A DNA stretch of 64,000 bases, taken from contig JBEUKZ010000019.1 in the NCBI GenBank assembly GCA_048128005.1, positions 496,001 through 560,000 on the forward strand, in the 5' to 3' direction. Of the stretch, positions 40,478 to 53,974 are shown piece by piece. The stretch comes from Veleropilina oligotropha (lineage: Eukaryota). The stretch's first letter is position 1, and every line of letters begins with the position of its first letter. The position numbers were made by a program, and so were the translations under genes. The notes beneath the pieces are model-generated. The model was not told where the DNA came from. It was given only the letters and a program-made list of their open reading frames with translations, and did no database searches.

Positions 40478-40862
40478 GTTATGATGTACATTTCGATCAG
40501 ATTTAGTGCACATATCATTTTTGCTCCTTGCCCAACTTAATATTGGTTGCCCAGATTAACGTTTGAAGTTGAGCAACGCCAAATTGGGCAGCATCAGAAG
40601 TTGGGCTGCAACAAAACAATACGAGACAAGTGCGCCAAGGGAGACAACTCTGTCGTTCCCAAGTGACTCATGGGAGTAGATCCGGGTGTTTGACGCATGA
40701 CATCTGGCGCTATCAACCTGCTGCTTTAGCGCACATGGTGGGGTAGTAGGTCTTTCTAATTTCATTTTTCTGTCATATTCACATTAATGTCGTAATTACC
40801 ATTTACTGCACTTGATAGAAGATATAATGAAAAATTCATATTAATTAACTCAATAGTTCAAA

Positions 40863-41580
40863 ATGGGCATAAAAGCTCTCCAAGAGTATTTGGAAAGTCA
40901 TTGTGCAGACGCTTGCCTATCTGTGGATCTGCTAAAAATCGCCCGGACGTTCGTACCAAAAAGGCGTGGTCGCTACCCGGGATCGAACCGCTTCTGTCTC
41001 GTGGTGGATGCGGAGAGCTGTCTGGATCGATTGTACGGCGGCTACTTTTCCGACTGGGCATGCGGCGGTCAATGGAACCGCATGACGGCGTTCGTGGCCA
41101 GCCTCATGCAGGCCTGTCAAAATGCCAACATGGAACTCGTCGTTTTCTGCAACGGCAGCTCGGAAAGCCAGAAAATCAACGAATGGTATGCCGAGCAAAT
41201 GAACAATAAGCGAAAGGTGGCCAACATTCTGAAGCATGTGGCCAACAAGTCGACGCCGCCCCCGAAGGTGTGGTGGATGGCGCCCGTATTTCTGCGAGGC
41301 GGTCTGAGAATGGCGCTTCGACAACTCGGTGTGACCGTAGCTTGTTCCATGGACGACCATCACCAAGAAGTCATAGGTTACTGCCGCGAGCACGACCTAC
41401 AGGGGATACTCGCCCAGGACTCTGTCTACGCCATTTTTGACCCTCCACGCTATTTCTCATCGAACAATTTGAAACTCACATACAAAGGATCATTAGAAAC
41501 TCGAGAATATATTATGGACGAAGTGGCCAAGTGTTTGGATCTAAATCCAAACAGATTCTGCATATTCGCAGCATTGCTGG
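40863..41580 (+). CDS. FAM120A: FAM120A-like protein (constitutive coactivator of PPAR-gamma-like, PIN-like domain), first coding exon
   Basis: MGI..LQEYLE, VDLLK.AR, LVVDA.SCL.RLYGGYF.DW.CGGQWN, TPPPKVW, DDHHQEVI.YCRE, IFAALLG. Donor G|gtaggt. Confidence 0.95.
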
Positions 41581-41692
41581 GTAGGTATTCCATCGCGGAA
41601 TCATTAAGCCTCACAGATGTATGAATGATTGATATGTGGAATCACAGTCCCTGGATGATACGCCACAAAATTAAAAAATATATCTAAATCGC

Positions 41693-41932
41693 CAGGCCTT
41701 CATTTTTGAGAAATGAAGGCGAGTGATAAATCGCTCCTGCAATTCAACATTTGCAGGAGTGATTTTTCCCAGGAGAGCGATTTGTTTCAAATAGTAAGAA
41801 TATCATGAAATATCAATACATTTTACATATTGTTCATTTTTGCAAGGCGAGCTATTAATAGCTCCCCTCGTCCAAAATTTGCAGGGGTGAAGGCGGGCGG
41901 GAGCAATCACTCCCCTTAAAAATGAAGGCCTG
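41693..41932. mobile_element. MITE with TIR CAGGCCTTCATTTT and 6-bp TSD AATCGC
   Basis: Perfect 14-bp TIR and flanking direct repeat. Confidence 0.85.
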
Positions 41933-42435
41933 AATCGCCATCATAGAGAAAGTTGTGCAACGACAAAATGGTGCTAATCGCAATACACGGCCACAACTTA
42001 ATAAACAGGTTGGGGAGATGTCACTTTTTGAGATGTATATTATCCCGATCGAGATGTACAATTTTGGAAATAATTTTGTAGTCAAATAACAAAAATCTAG
42101 CAAATGTAAGTATATGAGAGGCTATATATAAGTAAATAATGATATCAAATTGAGCTGCACTGATCCTTAATTTAATGGTGAAAATCCAGCAAAAAAATTT
42201 CCGATTTCGTATTTTTTTCGCCGTAAAATTAAGAAACATTGAGAGTCACTTTCATATCATTACAGTGGATTCCACTTAATTGCATAACGCTTAATTGCAT
42301 ATTTCGGATATTTGCATAAAATCTGCATGAACAGAATAGTTTACGATTATTAGAGAGGACAACTGAATTACATATTTCAAGGACCCAAGTCTTTTTGACC
42401 AAATAACACAATATTAACTGTAATACCAGTCTATA

Positions 42436-42776
42436 CAGGGTTTGCACAGGTCCTTGAAAGTCATGGAATTGTTTTGAAGCTATTTCAATGTCCTTGAAGT
42501 CATGGAAAATCTGGAATTTGGCAGAAAGTTTTGGAAAAGTCATTGAATTTTATTTTTCATTGTTGTTATCTGACTAAAATGTGTCTCTGTGGTGGTTGGA
42601 GAATAAATTTTAGCTATAGCAAAATGAAATGGAGTGCTGACTAAGAAGGGTTTGGTTTAGGGGTTACCTTTGAACTATTTCTTATTCAGAGAGATACCCT
42701 AGAAATTCGGAAATTAGTCCTTGAAAATGTCCTTGAAGTCCTGGAAATTTGTCATTGGAAATCTGTATGAACCCTG
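42436..42776. mobile_element. MITE with CAGGGTT TIRs and internal GTCCTTGAA repeats
   Basis: CAGGGTTTGCACAG / CTGTATGAACCCTG. Flanks CTATA / TTATA. Confidence 0.65.
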
Positions 42777-44119
42777 TTATAACACTTATAAACTTAAAGT
42801 TATAATCCTATTCATTACTTCGGAACGGGCTGTACTTGCCTGCCATAAAGTGAGGAACATGCTTGAATTTACAGTCTTACCTGTTCGGAAGCACTGGCCC
42901 AGGTGGTTCCGTCGTGAATAAACATGCTATAAAGCATTCCCAAATGCAATAAAAACAGCTGTGTCACATAAGATAACGTCATTATAAAATCAAATAACAT
43001 TTTTTGTCATATCTATATTTATTTGGAGACAGCAATTACGAAGTAAATATTACCGAAAAATGAGTGTTAACACCGAATTCAATAGTTCTGATTTAAAGAA
43101 TGGCAAAGTTTTGATTGTCACGTGACCTGCCAACCATATGTGACTGCAGGAGTTCGATGTAACAGTAAATTTCATATTAGTCTCTGGCGGTAAAACCGTG
43201 AATGCACATGTAATAATTTATTTTCAATTTGTGTTTACCAGGTTGGGGAGAAGTCACTTTTCGGGATATATATTGCACTTGAAAGTTTCTGCTTTGGTCG
43301 GGCTGAGATTTATTTTTAGTAGCGAATATTTAGCTTTGGTATATATACGAAAATAACATCATTTTCGTATTTATAAAACTTTACAACTAATAAAAAACAT
43401 GTATTTCAATACGGATTGTGTGTTGTGTCTTCGAATTTAGAAGATTTTTGCATGCAAACTCAGAAAATAGTTATGTTTTCATTTATGATATTGCAAATCA
43501 GGAGACAATATATGCGGACGGCCGTTGAACCTGCCATTAAACCTGCAGTTGAACCTGCAATTGAACATAAATAACGCAAAGAAAAATTTTGTCAACTTTG
43601 ATGGCATGCACGCTACTCAAATCCTGCTTTAATCATCGGAGTAAAAGACGGTAAATATTACACCTGTTGGAAAAGTGCGCTAAAATATTTGAAATTATGC
43701 GCTGGGATTACTTAAATTATGCGCTGAGTGAAAGGAAGATTATGCGCTAAGAATAGTCAAATATCTCCAATTATGCGTTGGGATATCTTAATGTTTTTAA
43801 CCAAGACTGACTCTGGTAGTATTTCCGTGTTAGTAAAGTAGTAATATCAATCTCACACAGTGTCATTTTGCGAAATTACCCATGAGACTTCACCGAAATA
43901 AATTCGAGTGTAAACTTTGTCTGGTGCTAAACCTCTTGACCTAAACATGTTATGTTAAGGAAATTTCATATATAGCAACACTAAATAAACAATTTTATTG
44001 TGCTTTTGTATTGACAGTAATCATGAAATTTTACAAAAATGGCATATAAAAAATATAAAAATGTAAAATAGGCAAATTATGCGCTCATAGAAGGAATTGT
44101 TCAAATTATGCGCCAAAGG

Positions 44120-45342
44120 TCCAATTATGCGCTACGCACTCCTTCTCTTTCTCCTTCTCCTCCTTTCTCACTTTTCTTGTCCGGGCTCGATCTCAGGTCC
44201 TGCATTATTTCCTTTGGTAAGTTCAATCGTCCAAGCATGCCATTGTGGTTTTCGGCGCCAAAAAGACCTTCGACCTTGACCTAATGACATTTGACCTCGA
44301 AATCGTGTCCGTTCTGGTTCTCGGAGATGTCAAATGTTATCCTTCTAATTTCTTTGTAGATGCATGGCCCACACGTCAGGCATGTGCAGGACGCTAAGAT
44401 TTTGCACCTTTGACCTTGGCACTGTGACAATTGGTAGGAAATTTCCATATTTGGGCATTTTATATTTTATTGTTTTCTTAAATTTGTTTCACCAAATTTT
44501 TCCCTTGTGGTGAGTACATTATATAACAATGTTCAATTTTGTTGTTCGGTCACAGAGGTCAAAATATACTTTCCTGACACATACCTTGTCCTGGCTAGAT
44601 CTCAGGTCCTATACATGCCAGCATGATTTGCTGTGGTGTGCGAACCCCCCTTGACGTGCCATTGTGCAAGGCGGCATAATTTTCTGAAAATGACCTTCGA
44701 CCTTGCCGTAATGACCTTTGACCCCTATTGCATGTCCTGAGATTTCTAATCTTATCCTTCTAATTTCTTTGTAGATGTATGGCACACACTTCAAGCATGT
44801 GCATGGCGCTATAATTTTGCACTTTTAACCTTTGACCTTGGCGCTGTGACCTTGATGAAAAATTTCCATATTTCCGGATTTCTATATTTTATTGTTTTCT
44901 TAATATTTTTCCATCAAATATTTCCCTAAGGGTGAGTGCATCATATAACAATGTTTAGTGTTGTTGTTCGTTCAAAGGTCAAGGTCACAGAGGTAAAAAT
45001 GTACTTTAAAGAACACAGACGTTGTCTGGCCTATATCTCAGATACTCCTATACATGCCAGCATGATTTTATTCACCCTTTACATGACTCTGTGGAAGGTT
45101 GTGAAATTTTCCAAAAATGACCTTTCACCATGCCGTAATGATCTTTGGGCTTTATCTTCGAGATTTCAAATCTTATCCATCCTTCTGATTTATTTGCAGG
45201 ACGATAAAATTTTGTGTTCCCTTATTGATTTTCAATAGGTTGTGACTTTTGGAACTTCATGAGGGTCTGAGTGTGGAATGATTTCTCTCAAACCGGGAGA
45301 CATATATGTTTTTGGTGAGGGTTAGGGTTAGGGTTCTAGTTC
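44120..45342. mobile_element. Helentron-associated-like element with large internal tandem units
   Basis: Duplicated ~420-bp blocks rich in TGACCTT. Ends GGGTTAGGGTTAGGGTTCTAGTT. Confidence 0.5.
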
Positions 45343-46080
45343 TTATTTAATTCGCGAATGTGCATTAAAGTAAAGTTTGAGTGATCAGCTATATTGTACA
45401 TTTAATTCAGCTGTGCTATTGATTGGCATATTATATAGAGTGGTTAACGTTTATATAAACTGTATATATAAACATAGTGTATGGTGCGGGACTGTGACGA
45501 TTTCCGGGTTAACAGCGGTCATCTTGCATGGAATTTCTCAATTTTGATGTTTCAGAGGAACTTTTATATGAGCAGAACTGCTGTCAGTGTTACTTAACTT
45601 CAGAAGCTTCTAAAGGGTGGTTGGTGAGATTGTAAAGTGGAGTAAGATTTTACTTTGTCTGAACGGTAATCAAAGGCAAAATTAATGTGCATTTTTACTG
45701 TTAATTGAAGTCAATCTTAAACCAACATGGCGACTAGTAGTAGTAGTAGTATGGCAGGGTCTTTTGCCTCGAAAATTACATGTACACTAATAAATTACAA
45801 ATAAAGATTAAAAAGTAAGTATTTATTTTATTCACCACGGATCTGTACCGTAATTGGGTGCGTGACATAATTTTAGCGTCAAGTGATCATCAAAATGGTT
45901 CCGATCCTCAGTCCATTGTCCAAAAATTACTTGGAAAAGTACACTGTTAAACAGAAAAATACTTTGTTTATCGATTCCAGCAGTACCAAGGATGTCGATT
46001 TTATATTAATTAAGTTATGACCGTGTATTGCGAGTGATTACCGATTATCGCCATTTTCTCGTTGCTCAACTTTCTCTTTT

Positions 46081-46702
46081 TTGAAAAGATTTTTAACTTA
46101 CTTTAGAACAGGATAGTGAAGAGTTGTTTGACGTTTCGACTACTCAGCTAGGACTGGAGTCTTGATCACGTAATGATCTTGTTGGCCGCAGGGGGCACTC
46201 GGGTAACAGGCTGTGGTAGATGGCAGGCAGCTGGTATCCCTGGTCATGGTTCATGGTTGGTTTATGTTGGCAGATGTAGATGGCCTCCTTGACTTTGCGT
46301 TTGGTCCAGTCGGGTTCACGGGTAAGGATTGAAGTGTTGCTTAGTGACACTGAGTGGCCGGTGGCTTGGCAGTGATCACCCACACCCATAGGCTTTTCGA
46401 GGTTGGTGTGTTCCTTAAAGCGAATCACCAGGGTATGCTTGGTTTCTCCGATGTACGAGTGGTCAGGGACTGATCGCAATGGATTTGGTAAATGACGCAA
46501 AGTCAAGGAGGCTATCTACATCCGCCAACACAAACCAACCGTGACCAGGGATACCAGCTGCCTGCCATCTACCACAACCTGCTACCTGAGCACCCCCTGT
46601 GGCCAACAAGATCATTACGTGATCAAGACTACTAGCTGAGTGGTCGAAACGTCAAACAACTATTCAATATCATATTCCAAAGTAGGTTAAAAATCTTTTC
46701 AA
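46081..46702. mobile_element. Penelope-like element remnant: GIY-YIG endonuclease fragment with inverted pseudo-LTR pair
   Basis: Minus-strand peptide YIGETK...RFKEH...DHC..TGH...EAIYI....PTMN. Arms 46081-46300 and 46495-46702 are inverted copies. Confidence 0.85.
46619..46653 (+). ncRNA. Minimal hammerhead-ribozyme-like motif, G3-C8 variant (second copy on minus strand at 46130-46169)
   Basis: GUGAUCA-A-[GAC..GUC stem]-GAAAC-GUC inside the Penelope pLTR. Stem I is not evident. Confidence 0.5.
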
Positions 46703-47180
46703 CATGTCATCACTTGGAACCAATAATAATATCTTCTCAACAACTTTCTCTTTGTTATATACTATTATAACAATCAATGGGTGGGCCGTTTGTCTGGCGA
46801 TTTCGATTAATTTTTTAATGATATTACACTGAATTGCGGCGACATTCGGAATTTCCCTGGCACTTACCAGAATGTGTACACACCAGACAGCTGCGCCAGA
46901 CACAAACAAAATACAGTAGTCAGATCCCATCCAGCAGTATATTTGGCATTAATTATCAACGTTAATATTAAAACAAGTATGACTAGGAGATAAAATATGG
47001 ATTATTTAACACTATCATTATTGTAACTGGAGTTATCTCCCGTTAGCGTTGCTACGACAGAATTGCAGTTTTAATTGATAGATGAAAACGTAACTGTAAT
47101 GTCATTTTATTGACTACTTATCAAACAGGTTGACATATAATATGGAGAAGTCACTTTTTGGGATGTAGATCTCAGGCGGG

Positions 47181-48020
47181 CAGTGTTCCGGATAAAAATA
47201 ATATGACAAAGTTCCCTCTAGAAATTAAAGGGGTCCCCACTCCGGACGGTGCGTAACCAAATGGGTTATGCCAGTAAAATTGACGTAACCCAATTTTGGG
47301 TTACATAGATTTTTCAATTATCGTGGCCTGATTTGACTGCATTGCAAGTTACCTCATTTAAGCCTCAGATTGCTGGAAATGCCTTCCTGAGAGCCCTATT
47401 TTCAAAAAAATTTGGAGGGGCATGCCCCCCGAACCCTCCTAGTTTACTTTCCTAAAACTGGTATTTTTCTCGTGTTTAAATATTTATTTCATCGTAAATG
47501 TTACTAAAGCAGTGAAAAGGTCTCCGCGTGGTTAGCGTGAAAGTCGCTAAAGACTTCGTTTTAAAATCGGAATATAGCGAAAATGACCGACGATAAGTAG
47601 TGCGAGAAAACACCGACGGTTTCCAAAAACCACTTCTCGGCAATGTACAGAAATAGTCAAGGTGTATTTGATACACTATGCGAGAGCATGACAAAGTCTA
47701 TGTCCGACAACAGTTGAAGATTTCCGCGTCGCCGCAAACGATATTACTATTATTAGCTGTATTAAATTATTGAAAAAGAAATGAAACACTATTTTATAAG
47801 TCCATGTAGTGATTTACCATATCGTTTATAGGCACGCAACTTTTAACTCCCACAAATCGGGTAACTTAATGAATGGTACATATGATTTTATTAAGCATTT
47901 AATATTTTATATACAAACAGTAGTCAATAAATAAAAATATTCTAACAGTACGATCGTCGGGTCACACACTTCGCTCTGTCGGGTTACTGACCCGAGACCC
48001 GACTGTTATCTGGCACACTG
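47181..48020. mobile_element. Non-autonomous DNA transposon with CAGTG TIRs and 5-bp TSD GCGGG
   Basis: CAGTGTTCCGGATAA / TTATCTGGCACACTG. It splits a repeat seen uninterrupted at ~42013-42230. Confidence 0.75.
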
Positions 48021-48263
48021 GCGGGATATAAAATATATCCCGATCAGGCTATACAATTTTGAAACTCGTTTTTTGCAGTCAAATAACGAAAATCGAGCAA
48101 ATGTAAGTATATGAGAGGCAATAAGTAAGTAAATAATGCTATGAAATTAAACCTCAAAGGTCCTTAATTTCATCGCCAAAAAATCGACAAAATCTGCAAT
48201 TTGTCGATTTTTCAAAGTTTCCTGTTTATTTATTAATAATCCTTGCGAGCTGCATCTGACAGT

Positions 48264-48422
48264 GGCCGCTTCGGCAGTGCAGTGTGGAAGAGTGTCCACT
48301 CTAAATTCACTGGCTTGATTCCGCTAATGTGAACAGTAGTGGGTTCAATACCTGGCTGAGGCATTGACATTTGTTCAAGTTATGAATCACAGTTGTCCGC
48401 GACTAGCCGAAGAAGGCGGGTT
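48264..48422 (+). mobile_element. 3'-truncated V-like SINE copy
   Basis: Matches 30218-30376. Confidence 0.85.
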
Positions 48423-48572
48423 AAAGAGTAGATTAATAATAGACTAAATTTTTTATTCAAAACATTTTGTAGTAAAAAATAGTAGATTAATGGCCCGTAC
48501 AAGGGGTTGTTGCTGGTTGAATACGATTTCTCATCCTAAGTCTGCAATAAGTATATATCTTGTATGTTTCAG

Positions 48573-48658
48573 GTAACCATATTCTCACAGACGAAGACCT
48601 GTTTGAATTCGTACGAGATTTGCTCCTGAATTCTCAGGACGACAAAGCTCCTCAAAAG
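48573..48658 (+). CDS. FAM120A: FAM120A-like exon 2 ((G)NHILTDEDLFEFVRDLLLNSQDDKAPQK)
   Basis: tttcag|...|gtaatc. Phase-compatible with exon 1. LLGNHIL.DEDL is conserved in FAM120A. Confidence 0.92.
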
Positions 48659-48685
48659 GTAATCGGTGAAGAAGAGTTATACAAT

Positions 48686-51297
48686 AATTAGGGCTTCACG
48701 AATGGTCGTCTTGAAGACCTATTGTAATTATACGGATTATTATTTTTATTATTATTATTCCTCATTTTTATCCCCCCGGCTACTAACGGGGGGATCTTCC
48801 GATCGTCCATTTTGTCTGTCCATCCATCTGTATGTAATCGATATCGTTTCCGGATCACATCTCTTACACCGCTCGACAGAACTTTACGAAACTAGCTGGG
48901 TGTATCAAGTAGCCGGTGAACTGGTGCCTTTTGGCAGTTTCGACATTGAGCGCCAATTATTAACAGAGTTACTGTCCTTGGTGTACATGTTTTCTCTTCT
49001 GGAGCGTATCTCTTACACTGCTCGACCGACATAACTTAACGAAACTTGCTGGGTGTATTAAGTGAATTGGTGCCTTTTGATAATTGCAACGTTGTGCGAC
49101 GATTAATAACAGAGTTATTGCCCTTGTTATAAATTTGTTGCGTGTGCTCTACAGTGAAAAATTCTAATCCGATTTGATTCAAATTCGGTATTCTGTTTAG
49201 TTGTGATGACGATACGCCACCTGACGATTTTCCGATCAAAGATTGCCGACGCGGCAGCCATTTTCTTTGTCGAAAATGCTTGTCTGCTCTCTTCAGTGAA
49301 AAGTTCTAATCCAAATTGATTCAAATTTGGTATGCAAGTTTGTTATAATGAGGACACGCTGCCTAACGGTTTTCGTCGTTTTCAGATCAAAGATGGCTGC
49401 TGTGGCAGCCATTTTGTTTGGAGAGATTTCATGTACGCGCTTTACAGTGAAATATTTCCATCCGATGTGATTCAAATTTGGTATGCACATTAGTTATGAT
49501 GAGGAAACACCGCCTAACAATTTCAGATTCAAGATGGCTGCTGTGGCGGCCATTTCCTTTGAGGAGATTTCTTGTGTGCACTCTGCAGTGAAAAGCTAAT
49601 ATCCCATTTGATTCAACTTAGATATACATGTTTCATATGATGAGGACACAGCTACCGTGGGAGGGGATACATCCCATCAACATGCCGTGTCGAGGATTCG
49701 CTAGTTAATTTACCATTGCAGGGATGTGGTGTTAAAATTAATGTTCCAACGGGGGATACGTCTTCTTCTGATGACTCTTGTTCCTTCCAGCTGTAACTCA
49801 AAAACAAACGGCAATAACCACACATTTCTAACTTTCACATAAAATTGGTCCTTGAGCAAAGTAGGTCGGCGCAATAATTTGATTCTTAGTTCACGGTGTT
49901 CGGCCGCCATCTTGAATATATTAAAATTTCGAAAAACGTCGATGACAGCGAGGCAAGACTTTCCAGATCTGATTTTTGTATCAAGGCGATGTTAAATTGT
50001 TAGCGGAAAATAGATCTGTTCTAAAAGTAGGCCGCTGCGGGCGTCTGAATATTGTAAAACATTGGGTTTTTTAACACTATATTGAATAGAGGTCTTATTA
50101 TGTTTTAACTATTTATGTCTCCCCTACCCTGTGGGGAGATGTATTGTTTTTGTGCCGTCCGTCTGTCTGTCTGTCACGCTTTGGTTTCCGGACGATAACT
50201 ACTGTTCCCTTTCAGCGAGTTTCCTCATATTTGGTACACAGGTTGCTTAGGAGGAGAGATCACTTGGGAATGCTTTTCAGGTCGGTACGCCAAAGGTCAT
50301 GTGATCTGTGACTAAAAATAGGATTTTGGCTCCGATTTGGATTCCGGACGATAACTACTCTTCATATTGGGTGCTCATGCCTATATTTGGTATACTGCTC
50401 GCTAATGAGGAGAGCATGCTTGGGATTGCATTTGAGGACAATCGTTCTAAGGTCACATGACCTGTGGCTAAAAATAGAATTTTGTTGAAATTTTTATTAC
50501 GATTTGCTTTCCAGATGGTAACTACTGTTCATATTTAGCGAACATGCTCATATTTATGAGGATGAGGATAGGATCCTTGGGATTGCATTTGAGGTCAATC
50601 TCTTAAAGGTCACGTGACTTGCTGCTAAAAATAGAATTTTGATTGCGATTTGCTTTCCAGTCGATAACTACCATTCATATTTAGCAATCTTGCTCATATT
50701 TAGCAGGCAGGTTGTCTATGAGGAAAGAATGCTTGGGATTGCGGTTGAGGTAAATCGGTCAAAGGTCACATGACCTGTGGCTAAAAATAGAATTTTCAGA
50801 AATTTGATTGTTTTCCACACAGTAAATACCAATTCATATTTAGCAGGCAGGTTGCTTATAATAATAATAATAATACTCCGGTCTTATATAGCGCATTATT
50901 ACGCTAGTGTCTCAATGCGCTGAACATTATTACCCCTGGTTATGGGCCTTTTCCACTCGATATGCCATCTCAACTCCCTCTGGGAGCATTACAGTCATTT
51001 ACACGCGGGTAGCGCCGTGACTTACATAACTGCCAACCAGGTACCCATTCAGATCGGCTGGGTGGACCGAGGCAAATATATGCTTATTTCCTTGCCCAAG
51101 TGAAATCGTCGAGCCTTGGGGGCGAACTCGAGACTCTGTGACCAGAGTCCTGTGAACAACCCACTGAGCCACGACGGCATATAAAGTAAGGATGCTTGGA
51201 ATTGCATTTGAGGTCGAAGGTCACATGACCTGTTGCTAAAAATAGAATTTCAAGCAGGGGAGACATTCCTGTTATTGTGGACAATAACATCTAGTCA
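48686..51297. mobile_element. Cluster of nested Helentron-associated / Pearl-like elements with internal tandem repeats
   Basis: T-run plus hairpin starts (48766, 50111), (GTCT)n, 120-170-bp internal repeats and CTAGT ends (~49705, ~51295). Confidence 0.6.
50859..51179 (-). mobile_element. tRNA-derived SINE with Deu/Nin-like core and (TTA)n tail
   Basis: The reverse complement has a tRNA-like head (GTGGCTCAGTGG..GAGTTCGCCCC) and core GTCCACCCAGC..AATGGGTACCTGG. Confidence 0.7.
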
Positions 51298-52578
51298 ATT
51301 TGAGTTTCGCATAAAGCCAGGGAGGCGTAACTTTCTACATATGATGGACGTCTAATGATGAAGTTATATTGCGAGCAAAAATTAATCAGGCATATGACAA
51401 GATGGCTGTGGGCAATAGAACGCGATCAGCTTGAAACCCTGTACATTTGAAATTAAATTTTGTATTTGGTCTTGGATCATGTACATGTAATTTAGTTCGT
51501 TATTTGTTGCGATTGCTCTGAGCGTTATGGGCATTGCCTTGCATCGAAAACATTAATATAAAATGTATAATATATATACTAATAGGTACCAGTAGTTTTT
51601 GGCCCGCCTAGCTGCTGTAGTCGTGGACTGGCGTCTGTTGGCGTCCGCTGATCACTTTCTGTCACATAGAAGACAAACTGCTGGAGCTTTGCTTTTCATA
51701 TTTGATATACACCTTGTATACCATCAGGCCTTGCCTAAGTTCAAAGATGAGGTCATTGGATCGAATGTCAAGATCGTTTTCGTGTATTTCCAATCTGGAC
51801 TTGGTATTTCCAATCGGGACTTGGAAGATTGCTTTCTGTCATAGAAGAATAACCGCTGGACCTACGCTTTTCATATTTGGTATACACCTTGTATAACATC
51901 AGGCCTTGCCTAAGTTCAAAGGTCAAGGTCATTTCTGTTCTGGACTTGGAAGATTCCTTTCTGTCAAATAGAAGACGAACCGCTAGACCTACACCTTTCA
52001 TATTTGGTATACACCTTGTATAACATCAGGCCTTGCCTATGTTCAAAGATGGGGTCACAAATTGCGCGAACGATCGTTCAGCTCGCTTGAAGCTCGCGGA
52101 AATGCAATGTTGCTTAACCCAATTTTCGTTCGTGCAATATTTAAGCTAATAGGCAATTTCTGTTTATTTTATTCAATAGATATTTACCTTGTCACGCAAC
52201 GAATGTAGCTATGACTGAAGCCACAATTTACTACTTTCAAAATTGTATAACAAAGCATGGCCAAGAATGTTTACAACTTCGAAATGCTCCGAATTCTGAC
52301 ACTGAAGAACGTGTGCTAAATAAAATAATTTTATTTACGTGTGTTAAGCAAAATGATCGGTAATTATTAAATACTGACACTGGTTCAACATGCTATACTT
52401 ACTAATGGCTCTCTAAAAATAGTTTAGGTACCTAAAAAATCGTAACTGGGAATTCCCAGTTTGTGCAACAACCATAGATAGCTGTGTCGGCTTCAGGATG
52501 CTTAGAACTAAGATATTTTATTTTACAAGACATGTCGGAAATTATTGAATGCGATGTAATTCTCACTAAATTCATTAA

Positions 52579-52813
52579 CTCTAAATTCACTGGCTTGTTT
52601 CCGCTGACGCGAACAGTAGTGGGATCGACCCTCTGCTGAGGCAGCACACATTTGTTCAAGTTATGAAGCACAGTTGTCCGTGACTGGCCGAAGAGGACGG
52701 GTTTACCCGGGCGACCGGAGTTTCCTCCCGCGATAACACGGACATGTCCTGCCTTGAACCATCGATGTTATAAATATACAGGACATTAAGCATAATTCCT
52801 CTTCCTCTTCCCC
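52579..52813 (+). mobile_element. V-like SINE copy with 15-bp TSD CACTAAATTCATTAA
   Basis: Matches the 30218 copy. Direct repeats at 52564-52578 and 52814-52828. Confidence 0.88.
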
Positions 52814-53974
52814 CACTAAATTCATTAAAATATTACATTCAGGGCTCGAAATAAGCATGGTTTTGCTGGTCTCAAACCTGTAAACATTTCAGAAGACCAG
52901 TCATTTTTAACACATGGTGGTCCAGTGGACCATTGATTTTTTCAGACCCGTTTATTGTTAATATATAGTTACAAACATACTTACGTCCTTACTCTTGCCA
53001 TAATAGTATATTATCGCCCAAACCGGAAATGGTGAATATGTCCCATAATGCACCGTTATAAGCCAAAAAAGCACACGGTTACCTCCCCTGCTCCTACCCC
53101 CCACGTTCCCTAGCGAGACTTCGCCAAGTCTCGTGAGACTTCTGAACAATAGAAGTCACATGACATCAATTCAAAGTTTTCCGCTGTCGCGGAAAGACGT
53201 TGTTTTTGCTCCGCAAATATTTCGATATAGGCGCCCGATTTCACGTTAAATCAGGGCGCAGTTTCTACTTAATATAAGTAGTGGAATATAACAGTGTTGT
53301 GGATATGAAACACATGTGAATATAGAAGAGTGATTCTCAAACTTCGGATCGTCGTCAAGGACGCCAAAGTTCTGGACATCAAAAGAAAACAGACATCGTC
53401 GTCAAGGACGCCAGTGGCCATTAAAGATGGCCGCTTAGAGGGAAAATTTTCGAGTGGTAGCTGAAATTTCTGGTCTGTATAATTATCTGATATTGTTTGA
53501 GACTGCAAACAGGTAACTCATTATATTGGATAATTCCTTAACAACGCTATTTGCTGGTTATTTATTATATATATAAAAAATTTTCTAGCGTTGTTAAAAA
53601 GGCAGGATCTTTTGATATTAAGCTTGCGTTAATTTTCTGATATCCTGCCGTTGCTGGGATAATACGCCATTGTACTAACTTAAAACATCCACGAGGTTTT
53701 CAGGTGTTTTTCTGGGCGGGTTTTTTCGAGGAAAGAACCCCCCTTTGTTTTAGTCAATTTGCCGGGTTACCGGGTCGGTCGGGTAAAATACCCGACCTCG
53801 GTGTTCCCAGTTCGGGGTTCTAATAACGGTATATCGCTTGATCTCTAATCTTCAGATCAGGACAATTCTGTGAGTTGTCGTAGTACTCCCTCCAAGGAAA
53901 GAAGTCTCAACTACCATATATATACCTATTTATCTACCCCGTCTACCCACGTCCACCCTCCCGTGTATTTAGCT

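Noticed and set aside
41581..41624. C-terminus of the 253-aa FAM120A ORF as listed
   Set aside because: This is read-through into the intron; the protein continues via the splice to 48573.
45319..45336. Telomeric TTAGGG repeats
   Set aside because: Only about 3 units, located at the end of an interspersed element.
52958..53149. Identical small ORFs at 52958-53149 (-) and 60222-60458 (+)
   Set aside because: They are incidental translations of the two ITR copies.
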